DNA of 64,000 nucleotides from Vicugna vicugna. Its lineage: Eukaryota. The stretch covers positions 1-64,000 of the forward strand of contig MU058582.1 in NCBI GenBank assembly GCA_013265495.1. The letters run 5' to 3'. The translations under genes were made by a program, and so were the position numbers. The notes under the pieces are model-generated. The model worked only from the letters and a program-made list of their open reading frames with translations, was not told the origin of the DNA and ran no database searches. Positions 1 through 11,789 of this stretch are shown here, piece after piece. Within the stretch, counting starts at the first letter, position 1, and each line of letters begins with the position of its first letter.

Positions 1-1567
1 GTCTCCAAATGACCACACGCTTTCCCTTTATGTCAGAATGTGCCAAAAGGCATAGACAGTATTTGATAGCGAGCTACTGGCTGGACTCGAGGACTTCTAA
101 GCTCAGGTAGAGCGTAAACATGAGAAATTTCACTTAGAGGTTTTCAAGAAAGGACCCAGGGAGTCGGAGGCCCAAACCTGAGTCCTTCAGGCCTGAAGTC
201 TCTTTGGAGAAAGGAGGAGAGCGAGAAGCAGGTGGCGCTGTAGGACCATGTCTGTGTTTCTGGGGGCCTGGCCCAGCTGTGAATCTTTTCAACTGACACA
301 GTTTGCACTTCCCACCAGTGTCACCGTGCAGCCCTCAGCAGCTGTGATGACACTCACACCCAGGGAGGGTGGGTGACAGAAGAAGGGACACAGAAATAAA
401 GCCCTCAGCATGCCATGCTTCCATGCACCCTTCATCTGGCAGGCGCTCCCCCCGCTGGGACACAGCCCTGGGTGCAAGCACGGAGCTGGTTGGGGGATTT
501 GCCTGAGGGACGCCCTTCAAGGAAGTGATGGAGAAGAGGAGCAGTAAGGCTGGGTGAGGCCCAGTGATGCCACCACACAGTGGAGATGCTGCTGCTGTGA
601 AAAGCAGGACAGAGAATGAAAGGACCACAGGTCAGCCTGCAATGAGCCAGTACACTGACAGCAGGTCGCCCGTGGTGGGGAGCTGTGCGTAAGAAACTGG
701 CAAACAACCGCTTCTCTATCGGAAGTGATGACCTTAACCCGGTCACCAGTATCACGCTTTACCTGTAACTCACAGTCACCATGAAAAGTACCTGCTCTGA
801 TTCCAAATACCTCACCAAATGCACAGTAGACACCCAGTTATACCAAAGGCTTTGCCTTTAACCGAAACGAGGTCCTGGGAAGAACCGTGTTGGTATCTGG
901 ACAGTCACCAACCGATCGTTCATTGGCTGAATATGTCTCTCCTTCATGGAAAGAAAGAACATCCTGACAGCCTCCAAGGCCTGGCTTTGCTCACCAAGCC
1001 AGTGTCCAAACTCTTAGAGGTGCATTTTAAGAGGATCTGGGTGGCCTGCAAAAGTAGCGATCTTCCCAGGGGAAGACTATGTCCCAGGACAATATTTAAA
1101 TAACCATGTCAAACCTGGACAAGGGGCACAAGAACTCTTGCTACACACAGAAAGCCAGAGGCTGCAGAGAAGACATAAACACGTCCTGGGTGGACAGTTT
1201 TGAAAAGAAGAGCCGGACCTTTCCTGCAGGCACAGCCCTGCCTGGAGTGAGAACTGATGTCCGATGTGGAGGATGGAGACCACGCAGGGAAAAAGTTATG
1301 TTCAGGAATTATTGGCAATTATAATTAGATTATTAAATGTCCAGCTAACTTGTCACACTAAGGACCTTGCACCATCAACAGGTGATCGTCTATGCACCAG
1401 ATCCACGAGTGATTCCAGGAATCCTCCAGGGTAAAGGTCGGAGGGCAGGGCAGACTCCCTGTCCTGGAGCTGCTTGGAGGAAATGGGAGAAGAAGTCTGT
1501 CCTCCTGAGTCACAGGTCCTGAGCCCACAACAGCTTTGGATCAAATTCAGCCCCAGAGGAGAAGGAC

Positions 1568-1620
1568 ATTTGCATAAATGCTAACCACTCACAGAACCAC
1601 AGGTTCAAGGAGTGAATAAG
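1568..1620 (+). promoter_or_regulatory. V1 promoter (octamer plus TATA-like)
   Basis: ATTTGCAT 1568-1575; AATAAG 1615-1620. Confidence 0.85.
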
Positions 1621-1684
1621 AGAAGACCTGGTGTGCCCTGCATTGCTATCAGGTCTGAGAGCCAGAGCTCAGGGCACCTCCACC

Positions 1685-2136
1685 ATGGCCTGGACCCCCC
1701 TCCTGCTCGCCCTCCTCTCTCTCTGCACAGGTGCTGCCTCCAGGGCTCAGCCCTCAGGGTACCCAAGGATCAGCCTGTCCCTGAACATCAGGGGGCCCTG
1801 GTCTCCACCCTCACTCTCCTTTCCACTCCTGTAGGTTATGTGGCCTCTTCTGCACTGACTCAGCCCTCCGCAGTGTCCGTGTCCTTGGGACAGACGGCCA
1901 GGATCACCTGCCAAGGAGACAGCTTAGAAAGCTATGGTGCTAGCTGGTACCAGCAGAAGCCAGGCCAGGCCCCTGTGCTGGTCATTTATGGTGATGACAG
2001 CAGGCCCTCAGGGATCCCTGAGCGGTTCTCTGGCTCCAGCTCTGGGGGCACAGCCACCCTGACCATCAGCGGGGCCCAGGCCGAGGACGAGGCCGACTAT
2101 TACTGTCTGTCAGCTGACAGCAGTGATTATAATGCT
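1685..2136 (+). CDS. IGLV3: V1: Ig lambda variable gene segment, IGLV3-like, apparently functional
   Basis: Leader exon 1685-1730 ([15 protein letters not shown]), GT-AG intron 1731-1834, V exon 1835-2136 open: [22 protein letters not shown]...[10 protein letters not shown]...[18 protein letters not shown]. Both Cys and the conserved Trp are present; intact RSS follows. Confidence 0.95.
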
Positions 2137-2175
2137 CACAGTGACACAGGCAGATGGGGAAGTGGGACATAAAAC
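2137..2175 (+). other. V1 23-RSS
   Basis: CACAGTG + 23 bp + ACATAAAAC. Confidence 0.95.
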
Positions 2176-2499
2176 ACCCTCCATCTCTGTCACCCTCTCC
2201 TCTAGTCCCTGGAGGCCTGTGGCCAAAGCAGTGACAGTTCTGGCCCGGTTCCCCCAGATCTGAACTCCTTGGCTGCCCTCTTCCCATCCTCCAGGCTGCT
2301 CTGCCCATGGTGGATCAGGGGTGGATTTCTGCCTGGCAGCATGGGGCTTCCACGGTGTCTTTGTCCCTAATGTATGAGTGGGGGTCAGAGGGCATGGGTG
2401 GAGACAGACAGAGAGATGTCCAGGGAGGCAGGAGGACCCTACATCACTAGGGAGACTGATCTCTCAGTGAAATGGGATAATGGTCGTGTTTCTGGGTGG

Positions 2500-4110
2500 A
2501 AGCATTTCCCCTACAGAACTAAGACCCCAGGCCAGCAGGGTGGAGGTCAGGGGACAGGGAGCAAATGTCCTCAGCAGGTACCTAGGGATGATAATAGGTG
2601 GAGCCCTCCCACCCCCTCATCTTGAATCCTGTTCCTGTGAATCCTGGCGATAGGAGAGGCATCGTACATTGTGCACAGATTTAGAGCATGTCTCACACCT
2701 GAAGAAGCCCCATGAGGAAACACAGAATTCTATGAGTCCAGGTTGAACACTTTGGTCAGAAGCATTGCAGTCACAGAGGGCAACTCCCAGTCTGCGGGAA
2801 AGATCTGTCAGTAAGAGCAGAGCTCCCCCCTCCACGCTGGAAGAGGTCTGATGTCATCCACTGAGCACCGGGTCTCTGGCAGATTCCTGAGGGGAGGGTG
2901 TCCCACGGGATCGTGCTGGTCTCTGCTGTTGGCAGGCTGGTGACAGAAGTGGCCGTGGGCAGGTCAGCTGTAGACACTGGAGCCATCCTGACTAGCTCGT
3001 GGCTGATCCCCCCCTTCCCATGGGGTCACCGGGTCATAGCGACCACCCGGCGATGGTTGGAGAGGGAGGCAGACTGCTATCCACAGAGTGGGTCCTCCTG
3101 TCCACCTGGTTATTAACACCACTTCCTTTTCAGGACACATGGTGCTAAGCATTTTCATGGGACACAAATAAATGAATCTCCGGGTCCCTCTGTGGGGGTT
3201 CTACTTGTGTCTTTTCCTTGCATTCCTGCCACGTATCTGACGGTCCAGTGAAAGTCTGAGTCTCAGCCCATAAATTAGCACACAGCCCCCTCCAGCCACC
3301 TCTGTGTTCAGGCTGATGGACCGGGTACCCTGCTCCAGTGGTCATTCATCAATCCAGGAGAATCCTCCTCCACTGCTGTCCTTCAGGGATGTCCCCGATG
3401 GGGGCAGAAGTACCAAGATGGCTAATTCTCAGGGGTGTCTTCATATCATCCAGAAACCTCTCCAAACCAGCCCCAAGGGTTTTCCTCTACGACCCTGGTC
3501 ATAGGCACCTCCCCATTAAGCAGAGGTGGGGGTTGCTGGAGAAAAGACACTACAGCAGGACTTGGGAGCTGGGGTGTTTGGGCCACTTCCTCAGGCAGCT
3601 CCCCGGGGCTACAGGACCTGGGTGTGGGCCCGACCTCGTATCAACCTCCTCTAATTCAAGACAGAGAGCTACTGAGCACGCCAACCCATCACCGGGCTGC
3701 TCAGGCCTTGCCTGGTCCCCATAGGTGGCTCTGGTCCCAGGGGACTTAGGGACTCACAGTCACAATACAGCTTCCACTGGGGCTCAGTATTCAAAAGTCT
3801 TTCTCACATGTGGCTCTCTGTTGACACAGATGAATGACAACCACTAGGCTGCCCCTGTCTTTCAGTACCAGGGACACCTGGACCTTCGGCTGACACTAAT
3901 GGTCTCTGTAACATGACCCAATTACTCCATTGGTCCCGTGGGACTTTGTGGACCACACCCACCTCCACCTTGGTGACAAAACAGAACTACTTGTCTCCTG
4001 CCAAACCAAGGATCCCGTCACACACAGTCTTCGTATCAGGGGCCAGCACTGGGGCAAAAGTCAGCCCTCGAAGAGTGAGACCTGAGAATAGCCATCGTCT
4101 GGCTTTCAGG
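2500..4110 (-). mobile_element. Degenerate ERV-L internal fragment (integrase and upstream pol/gag), copy 1
   Basis: Minus-strand translation resembles ERV-L integrase motifs (ADLPTAT; clearer in copy 2). Boundaries approximate. Confidence 0.7.
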
Positions 4111-5843
4111 TGAACAGAGAACATGAGACACGGGAAGAATGTTGGGGGGGGGGGACTCTATCCTTTGCCCCAGATCCAAGAGCCTCCACTAGGCTGCCCC
4201 ACCGTCTAGATTGAACCATGAAGGCCATGGATGCATCTTATCCATACTGACTTGCAGGAAGGACTATCTGCCAGAAGAAAGTGGATCTGAAAGTCAGGTG
4301 GGTGGGTGACATCCTGTTTCTGATCCTGGAGCAGTAGCTACCTCTGCCCTTGTTTGGCTTTAGACCAAAGGCCAGCACCACCAAAAGTCAGTCCCTGTGT
4401 CACGTGTTCCCCAGGACCAAGCCCAGAGCCAGACGCATTAACTTCCCGTGACCCCAGAGACCTGCGCAGTGATTGTTCTGGGGTATGGCCATCTCCCCCT
4501 GCAAATGAGGCTGCTCATAAGTTCATAGTGAGGCTGAGCCCGTCATGCCCAGTCTGAGGCAGGCAGGGGCCAAGCAGAGACATGCACATCGTGCCCTGGG
4601 GCCCGCCATCCCTGCTGTGGGAGACACACCTGAGCAGTGGTTCTGAATCTGCATCAGGACAGAGGACGCCCTGAGCCTCCAGCAATGTGCAGAGCAGCCA
4701 CCAGGGACAAGAGAGTCACACGGCAAATTCACCTGCAGTGGGCGTGTCCTGGGCATCAGGGGTTCCACATGCAGGGGGTATGTAACCACCACCTCACACT
4801 GGAGGGCAGGTGTCCTTCTTCACAGTCATCTTCACTCTCAAATATACATTTTCTGCCTCCGAGTGTCCCAGTCCTGCTCTTGCAGGCGGTGCCTCTTTCC
4901 TCCAGCCCACGTACACCCTGCTGAAAAGCCATCACTGTCCACGAATGCCCATCCTCCCTGTGATCTCACATCCCCTCCTCCCCTGCGCTTGGAGCCCCGG
5001 TCCTCCAGACACAGCTGCTCCTGCTCCCTGGAAGCTCCCCCACCATCCCCAACCTGTCCTTCCACTCACCCCTCACAGAGAAGAGATTTCCAGATTTCCC
5101 CACTTCCCAATTCCCTGGACCTGACACACAGCGGTCACTCAACAAAGTCTTCTGGACTCACATCATAATTATGTTTATGACATATATTTTCCACAGCAAC
5201 AGAAAGCATATTGATTGTGATAAACATTCCCTGGCAGAGCTATTAAACCCAGAGCCCCCAGCACTGTCCTACAGAGCAAACAGTTCTTTCAGCACCGGTT
5301 CCTGCCCTGGTTGCAAAATTGGGACACTGAGGACAGCATGCAGCCTGCCCCAGCAGCTCACAGCCAAGGGCAGACACAGACCACGACAGCTCTGGAAAAC
5401 TCCACGTACTCTGTCAAAGAAAGAATTTGACTCCCTCTCTGGAGCCCAGGAGCTGTGATCAGAGGTGGGACTCCTGTCTAAGCCTCACAGTGTCACCTAC
5501 AGATGAGTTGAAATAGAACAGATTCATCTCTGGGCTCTCAGTGCCCGTGCCATCCAGGAGGGAGGCCAGGGCACAGTGTGGGTTGGACACATCCCCAGGC
5601 TCTGGGACCAGCAGGCAGAAGAGGAGACACTACGCTGAAGGTAGATTCTCAGGGCCCGCCCCTCCGTCTCTGGGTCCCTTGGGGCTGAGCCCTTCTCTGA
5701 AATCACAGAGCCCCTCAGGCCGCCCCCTGGATGCTGGCAGCTTTGTATACCCAGCAGCTCTCTCTCCAGCAAGGGGATAAGAGAGTCCTGGGGGGACACC
5801 TGCCAAGCCTCGCCCTCATGGAGCAAAAATGGACACCTGCACC

Positions 5844-6558
5844 ATGGCCTGGACACCCCTCCTCCTCAGCCTGCTGACTCACTGGACAGGTGCTGCCCCC
5901 AGGATCACATCCACACGTGCCCAGGGCTGGGGACAAGCCTTGCTCTGACTGAGCTCAGAAGGGCACTGCTAGTAGTGGTGGTCCTGCTGCAGGATGAGGG
6001 GCTGGAGGGGATGATATCTCACACTGTGCTCAGTGCTGTGTGAGCCCTGAGGGGCTGCACCTGCCAGAGGAAGGGGGGAAGATTTCTCATTTGTTCAAGG
6101 ACTCCATCCACCAGGCAAACCCTGGGTCACTGGGGGCGAGACTGATGGGAGGAGCCTCTGGGGGCCCAGGGAATCCCTGGTGCTCAGTGCAGGTCAGCTG
6201 TTGGGGTCTCTTGGGAAAAGGTCCTTCATCTTCAGCCCAGGGATCCTTTCTCTCCTGCATACTCTGTGGCCTCTTATGGTCTGACTCAGTCACCCTCGGT
6301 GTTGGTGAACCCGGGATAGAGAGCCAAGATCACCTGTGCCAGGGACAGCATTGGAAATAAATATGCTTACTGGTACCAGTACAAGCCAGGCCAGACCCCT
6401 GTGGTGGTCATCTACAGAGATAGCGAACGGCCCTTGGGATCCCAGACCAGTACTCAGGCTCCAACTCTGGGAAAATGGCCACCCTGACCATCAGCGGGGC
6501 CGAGGCCGAGGACGAGGCTGACTATTACTGTCAATCATATGACAGCAGTGCTAATGCT
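5844..6558 (+). pseudogene. IGLV3: V2: IGLV3-like pseudogene
   Basis: Leader 5844-5889 ([15 protein letters not shown]). Acceptor mutated CAG>CAT (6258-6260), in-frame TAG 6317-6319, 1-nt deletion after CDR2 (~6435), octamer decayed to CTTTGTAT (5741-5748). Confidence 0.93.
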
Positions 6559-6597
6559 CACAGTGACACAGGCACATGGGGAAGTGGGGCACAAACC
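6559..6597 (+). other. V2 23-RSS
   Basis: CACAGTG + 23 bp + GCACAAACC. Confidence 0.9.
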
Positions 6598-6885
6598 CCC
6601 TGCCTGGCCTGGCACTCACCCTAGTCTCCTCTGACTAGTGGAATGTAGGGCTGAGGCCCGGGCATCATCTCGGATCCTGGCCCTGCTCACCGAGGGCTGG
6701 AGACTCTGTTGTTCAGGGCCTCGGCTTGTCCTGATGAAAAGGGTGAAGGTAGCTGTTCTGGGCTTCAAAGGCTGAGATCAGGTTTGGACAGAAAAGGAAA
6801 GGGTTAGGAGTCACGATATATGACAGTAGCCCCAGATGCAATCACGTGTCTGCAGGACAGGGGGGCTGTGAGGGATGGCAGGGTT

Positions 6886-7229
6886 CTGGGGGAATCCCTC
6901 TCCTCCAGGGGGAACCCACTAAATGAGGCCTGGGGCAAGGTCCTGTGCTTTCTGGGATGCAGAGTTCCCACCTCCTGGGGGCTGCCTAAGGTATGGAGAG
7001 GGCTGAGCCCCAGCCCCTGACCCCAGGGCCCTCCTCCCATGAGATGTGACAGAAACTCTGGGGGAATCCCTCTCCTCCAGGGGGAACCCACTAAATGAGG
7101 CCTGGGGCAAGGTCCTGTGCTTTCTGGGATGCAGAGTCCCCACCTCCTGGGGGCTGCCTAAGGTATGGAGAGGGCTGAGCCCCGGCCCCTGACCCCAGGG
7201 CCCTCCTCCCATGAGATGTGACAGAAACT
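6886..7229 (+). repeat. 172-bp tandem duplication (2 near-identical copies)
   Basis: 6886-7057 and 7058-7229, about 2 mismatches by eye; single copy in the paralogous region (~19625-19795). Confidence 0.9.
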
Positions 7230-7444
7230 ACAGTGACAGTGCGGTCCCCACATGGGCTCCTCCTGCAGACCCTCCCCTGGACACACCATCTTCTGGTTGG
7301 ACCCGGGTCCAGAGCCCCCAGAACTACCATCTGATGGGTACAGAACTCCTGTTTAGGGAGAGAAAGCTCCATGTACAGATGGTGACGGCTGTACAACACT
7401 GTGAATTGCTTTAGCGGCACTGAGTGTAAAGCCAAAAATGATCC

Positions 7445-7870
7445 CATTATGCAGGCTTCTCCAGAGACACACAGCCAGTAGGGTACAGAGATGGATTAGG
7501 AGGAACTGGCCATCAAGGTTAGGGAGGCTGAGAAGTCCCAAGAGGCACCGTCCACAGGTGAACCCCCGAGAGCCCGTGTGTGATTCTGCCCTATGCCTGA
7601 GATCCAGGGAGGCTGATGTGCTTCTCATCAAGGGCAAGAGGGTGACTCCCAGTGCCCCCCCAGGGAGGAGGGGTTCCTCCATCCTCTGCCCTTTGCTTTT
7701 GTCAGGCCCCCAGGAATGGGATGCAGCCCATCCACACAGGAAGTACTGTCTGCTTCTCTGAGCCCCCGGGTCCAAAGGCTAATGCTCTCATGTAACGCCC
7801 CCGAAACCCACCGAAATAAGTACCAGTGGGACCTACTTGCCCAGCAGTGGACACACGATGTGAACCATCA
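7445..7870 (-). mobile_element. MLT2 (ERV-L) solo LTR, inserted in an old L1 3' end
   Basis: Matches recalled reverse-complement MLT2 motifs (GGAGGCTGAGAAGTCCCA, GCTAATGCTCTC, terminal AACCATCA). L1M-type 3'UTR lies just upstream (~7325-7440). Confidence 0.7.
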
Positions 7871-10211
7871 TGGTGGTTAGTGGCACATTGCCGCATGGAT
7901 ATTTTATTATATTTATTTAAATTGCTCAGTCTGAAATAAAGTACAGGAAACAATTTTGAAGTTCTTTGACCAACAAAACAGGAGAAAGAACTGGGCAGTG
8001 ATCAACATTCACCCTCTGCCTTGACAAAACATGGGGGGTTTCTGCTGCTCAGTACAGCCTCTCTCCCTCTCTCTCCATATTCTCGTATTTCAGATATAAC
8101 ATCCACGTGTCCAGTTCACAGCCGCCACATCTCCCCGGAAACCCAGAACGTTCGTCACAGCTAACTAACAGTGTTAGTGGAGACGATCCTCAGGCTCCCA
8201 CCCCCCACACGTGGTCAGCAGTTCTCACCACTCCAGCTTCATCAGCTCACAGTCCTGGTAACTCCAGGCAGTAGAGCTTCTGCAAAAGGTCCACAGAGAG
8301 GAGTGTGCTCGCTGTGCACGGTCAGACAACGTCTCTGGATTGTAAGAAATGCTCTCAGGGGCCCTTCACAATTGCATGAAGAAAACCCTAGACAGTAATT
8401 ACAGGCCTGGTATGAAATCAGAAATATTATAAAAATGACAGAAAGGTTAATTTTTAAAATTCCGGTCTTAATGTGCATCTGATAAACCCGCAGGCTTTAT
8501 AGACGCCTGAAGACTCATCTGTCCCCGTTACATTGGCCATAAGACACCTGTCACTCCCACCCACTTAGGACAGTGAGGACCAAGCAATCCTGCCCAGCAG
8601 AGACAGCAGGATCCAGGCCAGGCCCCCGCGTGGCCAAACCAGCCTCCCAGCCCCACAGATCCTCAGCTCTACCCTGGGACACAGCCCCGCTGACCTCCCC
8701 AGCCAGGATGCAGTGGGGACAGCAGTGAGCACTGGGGGCCCAGTGTTGTCACCCAGCCTGGCCCTCACGGCTCCTGCGCCATGGTCAAATACTGCCCCAG
8801 AGGACCAGGGTTTGACCCCTGGCCGCCATCCTGGGCTCACCTCACTTTTCTCTATTTATCTGGGGACTTCTGCTCTCTGGGCCTCTGCTTTACCAGCTGT
8901 TAGGCATTTTTTTCCAAATTAAATTATAAAAAGGCCCGCAGAACATATTATTAACTACAGAGATAAGTGGCAAGGATCTCAGCGAGTCATGACGTCCTGG
9001 AGTTCCCTGTTCTCCTTCTGCAGGAATCCTAGAAAGGGGTTCAGCCATTGGTATGATTTCCAGATGGATGCCCAGTGGAATAAGCAGGAGACACCCTGCA
9101 TCCTCAAAAAGGCAGATGATGCTGAGCTAGACATTCACTCCCCAAGAGCTGTGAGAGGGGGGAGATGACATGGAAAAAACAGGAAGAGAGATGAGGATGG
9201 TGATGAGGATGGTGATGCTGATGAGGACAGTGATAACGATGCCATGAGGCACAAATGAACTCAAGAAACAGCATCAGGCAATTGCTCTCCTGGGGTGTGG
9301 GTAGTATCCATCTTGGTTCCTAAACACAAGGAGCCCTGGGTCCCCAGGGTGTCACACACGTTGCTTTGGGCACTGACACATTGCAGACAAGCTGCAGTTC
9401 ATTCTGCAGCCTCCACTCTACTAACAAAACCAAAGTGTCGGGAAGGGCATTTACACCCTGAGATAAGGTTAAGGGTATCGCACCTGCTCCATGTAGGTGA
9501 CCTCTCTGTGCTGGGCTGAGCAGGGACGGGGTCACAACTGGCCCAGAGTCAGAGATGGAATCCCTGCTCCACATCCTCTCAGGTAACAGGTCTTTGGGAT
9601 GACCTGCAGGAGGGAAGCTCCTGGTCTTGCTCTCCTCCTCCACCAGGGGGCAGCAGAGGCAACAGGAACATGAGAATGGAGGCTGGGACCACCCAGGTGG
9701 AGCCTCAGAGGGAATCAGCCCTGGGGGTCCACTGGGGTCTGAGGGTCAGGCCTGGAAGAAGGTCAGGACTGACCACCCCATCCCCTGACAGCACAGGGAC
9801 CACGTTGGAGGGATACATGCACAGTGCCCCCCAGGACACCGAGGAGACAGGGCACAGTGCGTGCCTCCCCACACTGCCAGAATCCTGCCAGGTTCACAGC
9901 CCCACTGAGCCAGCCCAGCAGAGTCCACAGGCCAGGATGGTTGGTCATATGGTCAGACACAGCAAGGGGACAGTGACAACAGCACAAGGAGGCCAGGTCT
10001 GATTTTCAGACATGAGAAGCTGGGAAGGAGGCTAAGTGAGTTGCCTTGGCTGAAGGTCTGGTGACTCCCCTCCAAGTGAGGAGCCCCAGGGAGGGGGTAA
10101 ATTTACATAAATCCAAACCCTCCTGCCCAAAGCTCTGAGGGAATAAGAGGGCCCTTGAGGAGCCCTGTCCTGCTGCAGGGGATCAGAGGCAGAGCTCAGG
10201 GCGCCTCCACC

Positions 10212-10705
10212 ATGGCCTGGACCCCCCTCCTGCTCCCCCTCCTCTCTCTCTGCACAGGTGTTGCCCCCAGGGCTCAGACCCCAGGGAACTCAGGGATCAA
10301 CCTGGCCCTGAACGTCAGCTCCGCACAGGGGACGCTGAGGGGTGTGTGATCCTAGGAAATGAGACCCTGGTTCCCATCCACACTCTCCTCTCCTCTTCTG
10401 CAGGATAAGTGGCCTCTTCTGCACTGACTCAGCCCTCCACGGTGTCTGTGTCATTGGGACAGACGGCCAAGATCACCTGCCAAGGAGGCAGCTTAGAAAG
10501 TGATTATGCTCACTGGTACCAGCAGAAGCCAGGCCAGGCCCCTGTGCTGGTCATCTACAGAGATAGCAAACGGCCCTCAGGGATCCCTGAGCAGTTCTCT
10601 GGCTCCAGCTCCGGGGGCACAGCCACCCTGACCATCAGCGGGGCCCAGGCTGAGGACGAGGCCGACTATTACTGTCAGTCATATGACAGCAGTGGTTATA
10701 ATGCT
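10212..10705 (+). pseudogene. IGLV3: V3: IGLV3-like, V region intact but stop codon in leader part 2
   Basis: Leader 10212-10257, acceptor 10403. Exon 2 begins GA TAA (stop 10406-10408 where paralogues have TAT/TAC). V domain open with both Cys. Octamer mutated to ATTTACAT (10101-10108). Confidence 0.9.
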
Positions 10706-10744
10706 CACAGTGACACAGGCAGATAGGGAAGTGGGACACAAACT
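10706..10744 (+). other. V3 23-RSS
   Basis: CACAGTG + 23 bp + ACACAAACT. Confidence 0.92.
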
Positions 10745-11789
10745 CCCTCCATCTCTGTCACACTCTCCTCCAGCCCCAGGAGGCCTGTGGAGATGGTAGT
10801 AACAGGTCTGGCCCAGTTCCCCCAGAAATGAGCTCCCAGGCTGCCCTCCCCCCCCCCACTCTCCAGGCAGCTCTGCACACAGTGGCCTGGCTGGACCAGT
10901 GTGTCCTGGGCTTGTCTGAACAGGCCATGAATAGGGGACAGAAGTCCTGAATGGAAGGACAGTCAGAGGGACACATCTGACCAGTGGTAATTACCTCAGT
11001 ATTTCCTTAAAGTGGACACCAGATTACCCAGCGTTAGACTCCAGAATCTGCTCACTCATCTGAGCCATTGAATAGCCAGCACCTGTCACATACACCTGGA
11101 CCGCTGAGTCCAAGGGGAGCAGCTGTGTTGACCAAAACCCTGATCCTTGGCCCTGACCTGATTGGGGTCAGGTGGGAATTCAGGGCAGGATCCTGAACCT
11201 CAGTGGGACCCCCAGTGATTGAGACTGACAGGGAGAGTCCAGGAGTTGCCCGAGTTCTGGATGAGGCTATGGGGGCAGAAGGGGAGGGGTGCCTGGTCTC
11301 CTGGGGAAGGATGGTTGCTGGTGTAGGGGAGCAGGTGTAGAGAGGATTCTGGGGTTCAGTCCAGCAGGACCTCTGTCACATGAGTCTGGCTGCAGACTCA
11401 GGAGACACAGGGCCATCAGGGAACAAACCCACTCCCATGTGGGTCCCAGCACATCCACATCCCTGGGACTTAAGCTGCTAAGAACTGGAAGAAAGTCCTC
11501 AGGAGCCTCTGATGGAGAGACAGAGGGATAGACTGCAAGGAGTGAGGACATGGATGGTAAAGTGGGGCCAATGAAGACTATTCCCTCTGTGCTTAGATGG
11601 AGACCAGCCAGGGAGGGGCTGAGAGCACAGGCCTTGGCCAGAGAGCCTGCTGGGGACAGCATCGAAGGCCGGCGTCCACCTCTGCCCACGCCTACTCCCT
11701 CCCTCCTTTCCTGTCCTGGGCAGAGTGTCCTCTGGTTTCTCTGGACTTCCTGTTCACAGTCTCTCAGTGAGACCCTTGGGAATCTTTTT

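Noticed and set aside
1..1500. Transposon assignment for the V1/V11 upstream block and for the ~0.9 kb block 3' of V3, V6, V7 and V11
   Set aside because: May be old repeat-derived DNA, but I could not match it to a family with confidence.
1612..2172. 186-aa ORF (and 53713-54279, 19002-19664, 27274-27870) as single-exon genes
   Set aside because: Read-through of intron or RSS around V exons; the real structure is spliced leader plus V.
6886..7229. CRISPR-like array or other prokaryotic system
   Set aside because: Eukaryotic DNA; repeats are simple two-unit duplications without spacers.
9024..9150. Cassette-exon-like element (pyrimidine tract-CAG ... GTGAG), copy ~21518-21644
   Set aside because: Weak donor, no recognisable protein, no neighbouring exons.
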